This document shows positions 50,545-63,639 of a DNA stretch of 64,000 nt, one piece after another. The DNA comes from Octopus bimaculoides (lineage: Eukaryota), in contig NC_068982.1 in assembly GCF_001194135.2 (NCBI RefSeq), positions 136,282,147 through 136,346,146 on the forward strand, read 5' to 3'. The position numbers and the translations under genes are program-made. Position 1 is the stretch's first letter; the number at the start of each line of letters is the position of its first letter. A model generated the notes under the pieces. That model was not told the origin of the DNA. It made no database searches and saw only the letters and a program-made list of their open reading frames with translations.

Positions 50545-51224
50545 TTGTTGTCTGCTGGAACATTGTAGGGGTTCGCTCCCTTGCAAGCAGTATATATGCA
50601 CAAGATTCAGCGCTGCAGAGTTAACTAACTGGCGGAAGATTTACTTGGATTTAAACTAGTAGTAACATTGAACAGCCACATTGATGTGGCGATGATGATT
50701 AATGGCCGAATCACCATTGTGTAGACTCGAAAGTAAGGTCTCGAGACCGTGAGGTAGAGTAGAATAATATTTATAGAAAGCAATCTTGTATCTGTCGATT
50801 CACTGACTGTTTTTCTGTCACAAAACACCGGTGATTGACCTGATGGTACCCGCGCTTTTGTTATATATACAGCGAATTAGTCCGTTTATGAAAATACCGA
50901 AGAAAACCTGATGAGAATAATGTGATACTGAACGTGAGGATTTGTGTAAATATGAGCATTATGAATAATTATAAAACAAATTTATTAAAATTCAACCTAT
51001 AAAAATTGAAATGAATTATTAAAATTTCTATTGAAAAACATCTGTAGAGAAGATGAATTTCTATTGAAATCATCGCTGATAAAGCTTTTATATCAAAATG
51101 CTGAGAGAAATTTCTATGAAATTTCCCTGTGGTAAATTTACTAATGCAGACAGGTGTGCAAATATGTCAATGTTGAATGGAAGGATGTGTGAAGAATCTG
51201 TGATTTGATGTTATTATAATTATT

Positions 51225-51257
51225 ATTGTTGCTAATATTACTCTTGTTGGTGTTGTC

Positions 51258-51316
<59 letters not shown>

Positions 51317-51391
51317 CATTATTATTGTTATTGTTGTTATTGTTATTGTTGTTATTGTTATTGTTGTTGTTGTTATTATTATTATTATTAC

Positions 51392-51434
<43 letters not shown>

Positions 51435-51435
51435 T
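51225..51435. repeat. (TTA)n/(TTG)n array
   Basis: Read directly from the sequence. Confidence 0.95.
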
Positions 51436-51690
51436 CCTCATTATTTCATAGCTTGAGGCAAATTTCCATTGCGTCTTGTGGCACGCCTCCTTGTTCCTGA
51501 GGTGCGTGCAGCATTGTTCTTGTGTTGGTGTCGAGTGAATACAGACACTTCTTGTTTCTATATTGCATCAGTTTGATTTGTTTTGGGGTTTGGATTGGAA
51601 ATTGTCTTGTATTAGTGTTTGTATTGTGTGTTGCAAATTGAATTATTCACTTCGGTATCCATCGTGTAGAGTACACGTTGTAGAAGTTGT
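51436..51690 (-). mobile_element. Probable LINE 3' UTR ending in (AAT)n
   Basis: An A/C-rich minus strand ends ...GGAAATAATAAT in the same manner as the R4/Dong copies. It has no coding motif. Confidence 0.3.
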
Positions 51691-51704
51691 TTATTTTAGT
51701 AGTC

Positions 51705-52010
51705 TCGAGTCAATCAAAGGATTGTGAGTGGATGTGTCAACAGAAACTGAAGGAAGCCCATAGTATATATATGTATGCATGTATTTATGTTTGTACTTTT
51801 GCTGTATTTGTTCTACGAATGCTTGACATTCGGTGCAGGTTTGTTTACTTTCGTCTACGATATTAGCTAGCCAAAATAACCGACATGATACGCACCAAGC
51901 TTTAAAAAGTTAATAATGATGTTCGTGTTTTTCGACTAAACATTTCAAGGCAGTGCCCCAGCATGGTCGCAGTCCAATGACCGAAATATGTAAACAATTA
52001 AGTAAATAAA
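51705..52010 (+). mobile_element. SINE B, old 5'-truncated copy
   Basis: TTGTGAGTGGAT...GAAACTGAAGGAAGCCC core and GGCAGTGCCCCAGCATGG tail. Confidence 0.7.
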
Positions 52011-52694
52011 AGACAGATTTGTTTACTGCTTCGAATCTCAGTGTTAAAAACAAGTATATATATATATATATGTATATGTATATACATATATATACATACA
52101 TATGAAGAGAAAGAGAGAAAAATGTGAAAGACAGTTAATACTTATACGCCATTATCTTCACGTATCGATACACTTGATGCATTTAAGCTTTTCCACAATT
52201 TTCAGAACAACCATATATTTTAACCTCTGTATATTATGTTTTTAGACCGTTTTAACTTTGTAAGTCTCCATTTTTGTACATTTTTGCTCTCCAGGTATTG
52301 GTGCACAGATACAAATGTATACGTACATTCGTGTACACAAGCACTCGTTCGCATTTATTTACATTCAATTGTATTCATCTATTAACATATTTATGTACGC
52401 GCATGTGACCATGCATGAAGCCCTGTGAGTGCATGTTAATATGGATGTTTACATACACTTTACCATAAAGAGCGAGGCGATGCAAGTCTATACAAGTATT
52501 GGGTATTTATTTGACTATGGACGAATATGTGGTTGTATATTGCGTGTATGTGTAGGTATACTTATAGAAATATTATACGTTTGTTTGCACATGTGTGTTT
52601 ACGAATGTTAGGATGTGTATAAGTGCCAGTGTGGATGTGTGGATGTGTATCTATGACTATGTATATATGTACATGCATCTAAACACACACATAC

Positions 52695-52757
52695 ATGAAC
52701 CCGGAACCATGTGGTTGGAAAGGAAGCTATTTACGATACAGCCACTCCTGCGCCTAT
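52695..52757 (-). mobile_element. SINE B head fragment
   Basis: TGAACCCGGAACCATGTGGTTGG...CAGCCACTCCTGCGCCT. Confidence 0.75.
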
Positions 52758-53360
52758 ATATATATATATATATATATATATNNNNNNNNNNNNNNNNNNN
52801 NNNNNNNNNNNNNNNNNNNNNNNNNNNNNNNNNNNNNNNNNNNNNNNNNNNNNNNNNNNNNNNNNNNNNNNNNNNNNNNNNNNNNNNNNNNNNNNGTGTT
52901 GGTGAACAACTCTCTTTAAAAGCAAAAAATAATTACCTGACGATTAAATTTTACTTTATGTATTTTATGAAAATTTAAATATTGTTCAAATATTTTACTC
53001 CATTCCACATTCCAAATTATTCTTTTAAAATAAATGGAGAAATTGGATGATATTACTGTGAACTTTGGTTTCTCCCAAATAACTGAGAAAAACTTAGGTG
53101 ACTGTATTATTTTGAATGAAGTAGAAGATAACCACTCCAAAATACATGAATCCAACTCTCAGAGTTGCGAGCTGACAGTCTGCTTACACTATTTATCTAT
53201 AGAAAGAAATTTCCTCCACGACAAAGTAAAGTGGATGGCTTTTGTACGGGTTGGAATATGCCTCAAGCATATTTGACAACTTTGAGCTATTGATATATTA
53301 GTCTACATTGGCTTCAAAGAAGATATGATATTAAATATCGTAAAACTAGCAAAAGTAGTA

Positions 53361-53598
53361 CAGTAATCCCCCGACTATTGCGGGTGTTAGGTTCCTCCCC
53401 CACTGTGATAGGTGAAAATCCGCGAAGTAGAAACAGTACTGTACTGTATATGTTTATTATTATTATTTTAATAATTTGTATACATTTATTTTATTATAAA
53501 TGCAAAACAACACCACAAAGGAATCGATGTAAGCTTAAATAATAAACCGCGATAGGTGAACCGCGATAAGTGAACCGCTATATGGCAAGGGTTTACAG
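53361..53598. mobile_element. pogo/Tigger-type MITE (238 bp)
   Basis: TA-CAGTAATCCCCCGACTATTGCGG ... CCGCTATATGGCAAGGGTTTACAG-TA. Imperfect TIRs with TA TSDs, and a subterminal repeated AACCGCGATA. Confidence 0.8.
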
Positions 53599-55042
53599 TA
53601 TTATAAGGTGCAACCCTTCGTATAATTTAAAAGTTCTTGATAAATTAGCCACAATTTTTCTTACCTGTACAAATAATTGACACCACGTATATCATTTATA
53701 CTGTCAGATATTTCATAGAATCAGAGTTCTAAAAAATTCTGCTGCTTCTTTAACCAGTGTGAATTGAAGAAAACCTCCAGATGGAAAGACGCTTAATCCT
53801 TTTCTCCATTTACTCGTAAAAAAAGTTACATACCTATTCTTCTTTCCAAGTCGTGTTGTACTTTTCTAAAATATTATTTTCTCTTGCAGATAAAAAAGAA
53901 ACAAAATGCTATTTTCAAATCTGAGACATAGCTCGAATGGTTTCAAGAAACTGGATCACCCAGTTACCAATCATTTAATTTAAACTCGGTAGCGAATTAA
54001 ATCTATATATCAATATATGACAATAATGGACCCTTCGACAGGCTTCAGCGCAGTTTCTGTCTAGTAAACTTCAATCGTCAAGCATAGATCAATTCAAGGC
54101 TCTAGATGTCCTTTATTGATGTGGGATGTGGGATGGAACATGAATCCACACAGTTACCAGGTAAATCCCTAGTCGTGTTTATGCTAGAGATACATATTTC
54201 AAACAAGTGTTGAATAATCTTTACGTATCCGTATTTATTGAGGCACATATTTATTGTCTGTATTAGTTTCATTAAGAATATAGTCTATAATATATAATAT
54301 ATAAAGAGAAAAATTACAATGAAATTCACTTGATTTAAAAATTAGGATGCGCGGTATATATTTTCTGTCAAGCCAAAGTGTGTTTTTTGTTAATTCTCAA
54401 TTACTTCCTTAACACTCCTTCATTTAATAGGGTTTAAATTTAACTTTCTCCCTTCCTATTTCAAACAATACGCTGTAATTAACCAACAGGTTCATCCACG
54501 TAATTCGCAATCTTGTACAAATGTTATAAAATCAATATTACATGAACTCATTTAAACCGAATAATTTAAAATAAACATCCATTAACACGCTGACTTTATG
54601 ATAGATAATTGCATATGTACAACTTAATTTGTGAGAATTTGATTTATTAACAACATTCTCAGAAGCACTGGATGAATCGGAGAATTGAGAATGATATTAG
54701 GAATTGCGACAGAGTAGTATATTGATTTATTTATGTAAATTGAATCCCATAAAGCAACATGAGTTGTTAATATATTGCTTGTTCTACGAAACATGATAAC
54801 TGTTACTGACCAATTTTGCCTCACATAGCGCGGAATATCTCCTGCTGGGTAATTATTATTAGGAAATTTCCATGACATCTCCACTAGAAATAAATGATTT
54901 CATAACATTTTATTTTAATAAATACTATTTTAATGCTCTCGAGAAGATGCATTAATAGGTTCCCCACTTACAACTTTTGGCAGTGAAAGAATTAAATTTG
55001 TTTCGTTTTTCAAATTCTTGTTCGGTGTCTTTCTCCTAATAG

Positions 55043-55199
55043 CTTCTATAAGATTTTGAGTGTCTTAATGTACCACTCGCTGTTCACAGCAGAGCTGCGT
55101 GTCAGAAAGTTAAGAAGGACGCCATTGACATCTCCCACAAACATTGATCTTTACTTTCTGCGACCAATGGCACTTGAGATACAACTTTATGCAGAAAAG
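55043..55199 (+). CDS. Candidate internal coding exon, product unknown
   Basis: Pyrimidine-rich acceptor TTCTTGTTCGGTGTCTTTCTCCTAATAG and strong donor AAG/GTGAGA. One frame is open: FYKILSVLMYHSLFTAELRVRKLRRTPLTSPTNIDLYFLRPMALEIQLYAEK. No homology recognised. Confidence 0.25.
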
Positions 55200-55289
55200 G
55201 TGAGACACAAATCCATAGACTGGGCAGTGGTTTCTCATAATAAAGATAAATTTCTGACACTTATATATTTCGGCCAAAATATTGAAACA

Positions 55290-55703
55290 GCGCAGGAGTG
55301 GCTGTGTGGTAAGTAGCTTGCTTACCAACCACATGGTTCCAGGTTCAGTCCCACTGCGTGGCACCTTAGGCAAGTGTCTTCTACTATAGCCTCGGGCCTT
55401 GTGAGTGGATTTGGTAGACGGAAACTGAAAGAAGATTGTCGTATATATGTATGTATATATGTCTGTGTGTCTGTGTGTGTGTATGTTTGTGTGCCTGCTT
55501 GTCCCCCCAACATCGCTTGACAACCGATGACGGTGTGTTTACGTTCCCGTAACTTAGCGGTTCGGCAAAAGAGACCGAGAGAATAAGTACTAGGCTTCCA
55601 AAGAATAAATCCTGGGGTCGATTTGCTCGACTAAAGGCGTTGCTCCAGTATGTGGCCGCAGTCAAATGACTGAAACAAGTAAAAAAGTAAAAGAGAGAAA
55701 GAG
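55290..55703 (+). mobile_element. SINE B, full length
   Basis: Complete head, core, internal microsatellite and tail. Confidence 0.92.
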
Positions 55704-56607
55704 TATGTAACAACATTCATGCGTTCTATTTTGTTGTATTAGAATGAATAAAATTAAACGCATTATATATTAAACTGGCGAGTAAGAACGGTTTATTATA
55801 TGTGTGCATGCACATGTATGAGTGGATGGATATGCTTGTGTACGCACACGGATGTAAGGATGTATCTATATCTGGTATATACAGATATGTGCTAAACTCG
55901 ACCCTTTCCTGGTTTCCTGAATATTAAAATCCCTTCATTCAAATGAATCGTTCATGTATATATATATATATNNNNNNNNNNNNNNNNNNNNNNNNNNNNN
56001 NNNNNNNNNNNNNNNNNNNNNNNNNNNNNNNNNNNNNNNNNNNNNNNNNNNNNNNNNNNNNNNNNNNNNNNNNNNNNNNNNNNNNNNNNNNNNNNNNNNN
56101 NNNNNNNNNNNNNNNNNNNNNNNNNNNNNNNNNNNNNNNNNNNNNNNNNNNNNNNNNNNNNNNNNNNNNNNNNNNNNNNNNNNNNNNNNNNNNNNNNNNN
56201 NNNNNNNNNNNNNNNNNNNNNNNNNNNNNNNNNNNNNNNNNNNNNNNNNNNNNNNNNNNNNNNNNNNNNNNNNNNNNNNNNNNNNNNNNNNNNNNNNNNN
56301 NNNNNNNNNNNNNNNNNNNNNNNNNNNNNNNNNNNNNNNNNNNNNNNNNNNNNNNNNNNNNNNNNNNNNNNNNNNNNNNNNNNNNNNNNNNNNNNNNNNN
56401 NNNNNNNNNNNNNNNNNNNNNNNNNNNNNNNNNNNNNNNNNNNNNNNNNNNNNNNNNNNNNNNNNNNNNNNNNNNNNNNNNNNNNNNNNNNNNNNNNNNN
56501 NNNNNNNNNNNNNNNNNNNNNNNNNNNNNNNNNNNNNNNNNNNNNNNNNNNNNNNNNNNNNNNNNNNNNNNNNNNNNNNNNNNNNNNNNNNNNNNNNNNN
56601 NNNNNNN

Positions 56608-56657
<50 letters not shown>

Positions 56658-56814
56658 CATACATACATACACTCACACACGCACAAACACACAAATCCAA
56701 ACACACTCACGCGCACGCACACACACACACACACACACACACAACACACATAAATTATACATCCATATAAAAGTGATGAATAAAATAGGGATTATATATC
56801 ATTAAGGGTTGCCG

Positions 56815-57050
56815 AATCATAAGCGCTTCGGACAAATTGCGTAGAAACATTTCTTTCAGCACCCAGTGTGCCGAGTTCAATTCCCATGTAGTCAACTTTG
56901 CCTTCCATCTATTCAAGAACGTACCAGTTGTGCATTCGGATAGATGTAAGCGATATTCTCCCAGTAAAAGTCTTGTAGTAAAATTTGAAACCATTATTTC
57001 TCTTTACTCTACACTTCGTTTTGATTTCTCAACATTATCATTACAATAAT
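56815..57050 (+). mobile_element. SINE A, old diverged copy, tail A2
   Basis: GAGTTCAATTCCC B-box, GTCAACTTTGCCTTCCATC core and AAAATTTGAAACCATT tail. Confidence 0.55.
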
Positions 57051-57060
57051 ATTAATTTCC

Positions 57061-57425
57061 ATGGCCTTGTGGTAAGAAGCTCGCTTCCAAACCTTTGGCA
57101 AGTGTCTTCTACAATAGCCTCGGCTGACCAAGGCCCAGTAAGTAGATTTGGTAGACAGAAACTAAAAGCCGGTTTTATATAAATATGTGTGTGTGTGTCT
57201 TTGTGTCTGTGATGTCCCCTCTCCATTTTTGACAACCAGTGCTGGTGTGTTTTTATTCCCGTAACTTAGCAGTTTGGCAAAAGAAACCAATAGAATATTA
57301 CCAGGCTTTAAAAATAAGTACTGGGGTCCATATATTTGATAAAAAATTGTTCAAGGCGGTGCCCCAGCATGGACGCGATCAAAATAACTGGCTCAAGTAA
57401 TAGATAAAAGGAAAAAGATAAAAAG
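57061..57425 (+). mobile_element. SINE B, diverged
   Basis: Head partly deleted; core and GGCGGTGCCCCAGCATGG tail present. Confidence 0.75.
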
Positions 57426-58627
57426 TTGCTTTTGAGTATTTGCACGAAATCCAATGTTTCACTTCAACTGTCTTGTGTCCTTACTGTTTTCTTCCCTTTA
57501 TTCATGTAATCATTCAATAAGACTATTCGTTGAGCTGTATATGGTGCCATGGGGCAGGTACAAACTGGTTCAGTACAGATTACCCGATACACTTCGATAT
57601 CTATCAATACCAGTTCAATCACCTGCACGTTGACAGTATATCATATTCTGGATTTTCATTTGACTTTTGTTATTTCTTTTTCATGGATGCAATTATTTTC
57701 TATTCCACTCTGTATTGACATATTTATTTCATATTTCCATTTCTTCTGAAAAAACTCTATAAACTCAAGACAAAATGAAAATAAAATATTACAGAATGAT
57801 TCATTACATATGATTGTAAGAGGATATAGGAGGCATTTGGATGACTTCTGTAAAAGATTTACATTATTTTTACACGTTCTTCTAGAAAAACAAAAAAACT
57901 TGTGTGCCAAATGTATTTTTCATATTTTCGTACAAATAAATATATGAAGCCTCAAAAACGAAAATTTCTCTGGAGACAAATATGAAGAAACAGAGATCAA
58001 CAAATCTTTATTAGTATGATAGAAAGAAAACTTTCAAAATGTAAGGAGTCAGAAAATACAGAATTGATATGCATAAATACCTGTATGAATTTGTATGCAT
58101 ATGTGTATATAGATAATTACACACGTATAACACATATGTGTGCAAATATGAATATGTGCGCGCGAGCGTACATGTATATATATATGTGTATATAATATAA
58201 ATATATATATATGCATGCATATGGACATGTATATGTATGTATAATATATGTGTATATATACATATATATATATATACATCCAATATATGTGTATGACTGT
58301 GTGTGCATTAGACTTATCAAATAAATAAAATTTGAAACAGGTAATGATAGAAATGCATCATACATTTTGTAAGGACGAATTTGCTTTATGTATGTGTTGA
58401 CAGTAACATCAGATTTTTCCTCTCCACTCTTCTTGCAATACCAAGAAATAGATCGAGTTTGTAGTGATTTATAAAACCAATATTCTGTAAATCCCATAGA
58501 GGTATGGAGACTTCCCTATGTGCGTTTCCCTAAGCAATTGTTTGGTATGGCATCGGTTTGTGAAAACAAATTTTGTTTTCCTTAAATTGCAAATACAATT
58601 TGTAGTGCACATGTATACTGTATAGTT

Positions 58628-59115
58628 GCATGTGTGGCTGTGTAGTATGAGCTTGATTCCGAACCATATGGTCCAGGGTTCAGTCCCACTACGTGGCATC
58701 TTAGGCAAGTGTTTACTACTATATATATATATATCTCACTGCGTGGTACCTTGGGCAAGTGTCTACTACTATAACCTCAGATCGACCAAAGCCTCGTGAA
58801 TAGATTTTGTAGACGGAATCTGAAAGAAGCCCGTCGTATATACGTATATGTATATGTGAGTGTATGTGTGTGTGATTGTATTTGTGTTTGCCCCCACCCC
58901 CCCANNNNNNNNNNNNNNNNNNNNNNNNNNNNNNNNNNNNNNNNNNNNNNNNGCGCTGATGTGTTTATGTTCTCCTAACGTAGCGGTTCGGCATAAGATA
59001 ACAATAGAATAAGTACCAGGCTTTTAAAAATAAGTACTGAAGGCGATATATTCTTCAACGTGATGCTCCAGTATGGCCGATGTCAAATGGCTAAAACAAG
59101 TAAATGATAAAAGAT
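58628..59115 (+). mobile_element. SINE B with duplicated head segment (head at 58628-58722, restart at about 58736), gap inside
   Basis: CACTACGTGGCATCTTAGGCAAGTGT is followed after a (TA)n by CACTGCGTGGTACCTTGGGCAAGTGT and a complete body. Confidence 0.75.
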
Positions 59116-59138
59116 AGCTTCGTTAATTTATTGTGTGC

Positions 59139-59620
59139 AAAGTATGATTTAGACTATGATTTGTGGAGGCGCAATGGCCCAGTGGTTAGTGCAGCGGACT
59201 CGCGATCATAGGATCGCGGTTTCGATTCCCAGACCGGGAGTTGTGAGTGTTTATTGAGCGAAAACACCTAAAAACTCCACGAAGCTCCGGCAGGGGATGG
59301 TGGCGAACCTTGCTGTACTCTTTCACCACAACTTTCTCTCACTCTTTCTTCCTGTTTCTATTGTGCCCGTAACTCAAAGGGTCAGCCTTGTCACGCTGAA
59401 TATCCCCGAGAACAACGTTCAGGGTACACGTGTTTGTGGAGTGCTCAGCCACTTGCACGTTAATTTCACGAGCAGGCTGTTCCGTTGATCGGATCAGCTG
59501 GGACCCTCGACATCGTAAGCGACGGAGTGCCAACAACAACAGACTATGATTTAGAATATGATTTAGACTGTGATTTAGTCTACGATTTAGACTACAGTTT
59601 AGACTATGATTTAGACTATG
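59139..59620. repeat. 12-bp minisatellite (AGACTATGATTT)n interrupted by SINE C
   Basis: About 2 units at 59139-59162 and about 7 variant units at 59541-59620. Confidence 0.85.
59165..59540 (+). mobile_element. SINE C, full length
   Basis: GGAGGCGCAATGGCCCAGTGGTTAG head and (CAA)n tail. AGACTATGATTT flanks both sides. Confidence 0.92.
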
Positions 59621-60067
59621 AATCATATTCATAAACATGATCTTAAAGCTTAGTATAGTTGAAACAAAATATTTAGTAAATTTGGAAACTGTGAAATGAT
59701 ATCTGTGTTGGAGGATGATATGGAGATTTAAGTGCGTGCAAGTGTGAAAGCTCTTGTTTCTATATGACGATGTATGTACCACACGTGCTTGTTAATTCCT
59801 CCATAATCAAATCTGGAAATGTGCCATTGAATTCATATTATAGTGATTCAACAATGTACTTAAGTCTGGGATGAATCTACAAACGTTTATGAATATATAA
59901 AAGGAATGCATAAATTAAACAGAATAGGAGAGCTTAGAGTAAATAAAATTTTGAGATTAAAATTCCTGATAACGGGGAGTGTAAATGAATAAATATAAAT
60001 CAAATGCAATTAAATACTCCAATGCTTAATTAAACATACAGAAGCGTGCGTGGTTTTATTTATATAC

Positions 60068-60119
<52 letters not shown>

Positions 60120-60249
60120 TTATACATACAAACATATGCATGCATGTAGGTATGAGTGTGTGTGTGTATGTGTTTGTGCGAGTGCATGTATGTGTATAGA
60201 TTGGTTGTGTTGAATATGCATCGGATTTTAGCCACATCAATACGGGGGC

Positions 60250-61050
60250 AAAATATTTTACAGTATCTGATCCAATAATATTAAGACTATTGGGGTATTA
60301 ACAATACCAGCAGCATTATTGAAACTCATTAAGTTGCACATTGATTCGCTGAATATAAGGTAATCTTTGAGAAATTTACCCGCAACAAATTAGAGAGAGC
60401 AGAATGGGGCATTATAGCAACTACGCAATATTCGTGGCCCCTCTTCCAGAATTCACGAGCCCACTGCTAAGGAGTGGGGGAAATGGCCGAAAGCACCAAA
60501 TGCCAACGACGATACAAGGCGTCCATTTTACAGAACATTCATGGATGATATAACGTTTAGTACACCACCATTCGAATGAGAAAAAAAAAACAGAAACATA
60601 CTGGAAGCACCAGGAGGTTTTTGGAGTAGATTTTCAAGGATTGCTATTAATTAGTAACTAAAACACCAAGAAAAATACGAATGCCATGTGCAAAAAATAT
60701 CTAATAGTGTTAAGGACGCAAAGATCCGCGATTCAACAACAAAGTAAAGTCATCGTGTAAAACCAGTAGGAATTGCCAATCAGGAACGAGGGATATATTG
60801 AGAGCAGCTGGCACATGAGCGCCTACTGCCCTTGAAGGAATACTGGTGCACTAAACAGGGAAAATTATGATTCTACCTGTGTGCCATCGATGACATCTTG
60901 CGCACCTCAAATAAAATAAAATTATGGGGCAAAGGGCGGCAACTACATTTTGGCCGGATGATCTCGGGAACCGAGGAGACGGCGGTAGAAGTAGATGCGT
61001 GATAAGGGTTTTACAGAAATGGTCAAATGGACGGAGATGTAGAGAGATGG
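60250..61050 (+). mobile_element. HERO-like LINE RT remnant, very decayed
   Basis: RTFMDDITFST resembles the HERO-type FMDD catalytic motif. Surrounding frames are broken. Confidence 0.4.
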
Positions 61051-61363
61051 TGAAATTAACTGATACTTGGTTCAATTAAAATTACCGATGTCACAGAATA
61101 GAAATATTCGTTCGATTGTTATAAATTCTTATTTGTTCATTACAGCAATAGTTTGCACTGGTTCCGTAATGTAACATAACTGAAGACGTAATGTAACATA
61201 ACTGAAGACTGCCTCAGTAACAAAGGACTTGTCAGAGGAGCAGTGCTTATTTAATTAATATATTTTGTTATTGACATTTTTCTAAGAGGTTAAATAGAAG
61301 AGAAATTATCCCATTTAAAATCGTTATTTTTTGAAGATTATTTGATATTTAACCATTGATGTT

Positions 61364-61505
61364 AAAGACCCTCTTCGATCATGAATGACCACGAGATTGC
61401 ACCTGGGCAGTTACCTTCTAAGGCACAAGTCCAGGTGAGATTGTTTATGGAAGACCAGTAGTTGCCCATGCATACTAGCCTCCCTGCTCCACGTCACCGA
61501 TGTTC
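61364..61505 (-). mobile_element. SINE D 3' fragment
   Basis: Its reverse complement matches roughly 2595-2730 (GGTCTTCCATAAACAA...GACTTGTGCC...GTCATTCATGA.CGAAG). Confidence 0.75.
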
Positions 61506-61544
61506 TTATTAAGTTGATTATACTTAGAAATACAATGCGTCACA

Positions 61545-61745
61545 AGTCATCACCCAAAACCATCCTGACAGCAAGTGCGGGGGGGGGAGGGGAGTAAGAG
61601 ACCACCAAAGACGTTTGTGAATGGATGACATCAATGAATGGGCAGGAAGGAAGAACCTAGCAGATTGTATACATGTAGTAGAACTCAGAGGAAACTGGAA
61701 AATCTTGGAAAGCCAACCACTGGACATAGAGAAAACACCTGGTTG
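61545..61745 (+). mobile_element. RTE LINE C-terminal fragment
   Basis: KTIL...G.R..RP..R.WMDDINEWAG...R..W resembles the RTE ORF2 end. Confidence 0.55.
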
Positions 61746-62219
61746 GTGATTATGAAGTGCGAAATCTGCTTTTGCGTACTTTCGTCATCACAATTATTCT
61801 ATCATGGAATCCTTTCTTTCGTAAAGCATATATTACAATGGTTTAAATCCCCTTTGCTTGCTAACTCATTGAGGTATGTGGATTAAACGTAACCAATAAG
61901 AAGCAAACTCGCTCAGGAGACGCAGAAGGATTAGTAGAATTAATTCCTTTATTAGAATAATGGAGAAGAAAAACAATTGTTTCATGAGAATACATGACAA
62001 AGATTGCACCAAGAACGCAGAAAATCCGATGGTGTAAAGAGTATAAAGTATGTTTATCTCGATTCTAAAGTGTAGAACTGCAGAGTTTAGAAGACAAAAG
62101 TTGGTGCACAAATATGTTACATTTTTAGTATAATTAAGCAAGAATAGGACAAGTATATATTGTCATACGTTTTAATATATCTTACATACATATTATATAC
62201 ATTTTCGTTAGGTTTGTGT

Positions 62220-62385
62220 AAGCAAAACCGGTGCTGTGATATTTACGCCCCAGTAACGTAAGAGCTTTGGTTGAAAAAAAAAACACCGATAAGATAAGTA
62301 CCAAGATCGATTCGTTTAATAAAAATTCTTCGCATGGCCGCAGTCCAATGAATGAAACAAGTTAAAGTAGAATAAAACATTTATC
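62220..62385 (+). mobile_element. SINE B 3' relic
   Basis: GATAAGATAAGTACCA...GCATGGCCGCAGTCCAATGAATGAAACAAG. Confidence 0.55.
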
Positions 62386-63169
62386 GACGGAATATGCTGT
62401 GAGAATATCTTCAATTTACGTGAATAGAGTCTGCGTATGAAATAACACAATCATTATATTGCATCTTGTAACAGTAGACAACTTATTCGACCTTGCTGCG
62501 AATAGATTTGTACTTTTCTTTCGTATGTTTATAAATACATCCATTCTGCTATCTCGAATATATCGACTCAGACTTATCGATATATGTAATAACTTCCGTG
62601 ATTGCAGGCTTCTTCTTCTCAAGAATGTTTTACAGCAGTGAACGTTTTTATCCAAACAACAAGCATCACTTATTACCCTGCATCAAAAGCATTAATAAGC
62701 AATAGCTACCATAGAAATAATATACCAGTTTCTTTAAGCTAAATATCAAGATGTAAAGAGCAGTAACTCTCTAATTCCTAGTTTCCAATTCTTGGGACAT
62801 CATGTTTCTTAAGAGTCCAGTTCAGAAATTTGGTATTAGCCATAATCAATATTTGAGTATATTAACTTTCCAGGTTAAAGGAAAACTTGCCACTGCATAC
62901 GTTATTGTTTGAATGTAATGTTGTGGCATAATCTAAACTTAGAAATTGCACTGTCAGTTAATGGAATTTGAAATATACCAACAGCATAGGAATTCATCTA
63001 ATTGCATTGTGCAAACGTTCGCTAAATGAATACAAAATAGCACTTTTGTTTCCAGTGTCGCCTACGCGGCAATATTCTGGATATTATTGGAACAGAATTA
63101 ATCAAGTGTACAAAGAAATATACACAAATAATCAATCTATATAGACACATGTACAGTATAGAATATTAT

Positions 63170-63228
63170 CATCATGATCATCATCAACATCATCGTCGTC
63201 GTCGTCGTCGTAGTCATTGTCGTTATCG

Positions 63229-63264
<36 letters not shown>

Positions 63265-63295
63265 CTGTCGTCATTATTATTATTGCTATTATTAA
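63170..63295. repeat. Compound (ATC)/(GTC)/(ATT) array
   Basis: Read directly from the sequence. Confidence 0.9.
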
Positions 63296-63299
63296 TATG

Positions 63300-63636
63300 A
63301 TTGTTTGTTACAATCACTTGCCGAGATACAACCAGCGTCCTGGGGCGAGTGAAGGATAAGAGATGTTACAGTATGACTGAAAGCTTGCGGAGGCGTGGTA
63401 GCGAAATGTCTCCATGTAATACAGCATGGATATTTAAATGGATAGGGTTATTTTCTAACGATGTGGACTGTACATGTCATACAATCTTTTGGATTTCTCT
63501 GAGACATGCTTCCCGTGGGATCTTATCGAGATATTTCCGACATCCCTTTCTTTTTATCATACCTAGGGATCCTACAATAACAGGAACCTTTCTCCTTTTA
63601 AGATCCCACATCTTTTGTATTTCAATTTGCAACTTA
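63300..63636 (-). mobile_element. R4/Dong-type LINE 3' end
   Basis: LQIEIQKMWDLK...VPVIVGSLGMIK...LREIQKIV...HIVRK, with a 3' UTR running into (AAT)n. Confidence 0.8.
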
Positions 63637-63639
63637 TTA

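Noticed and set aside
59541-59620. CRISPR-like array
   Set aside because: The 12-bp units are contiguous with no unique spacers, there are no cas genes, and the context is eukaryotic.
61165-61208. Perfect 22-bp tandem duplication CGTAATGTAACATAACTGAAGA x2 (also TCGTGAGCTAATTA x2 near 668-698)
   Set aside because: Two copies only with no spacers; ordinary slippage duplication.
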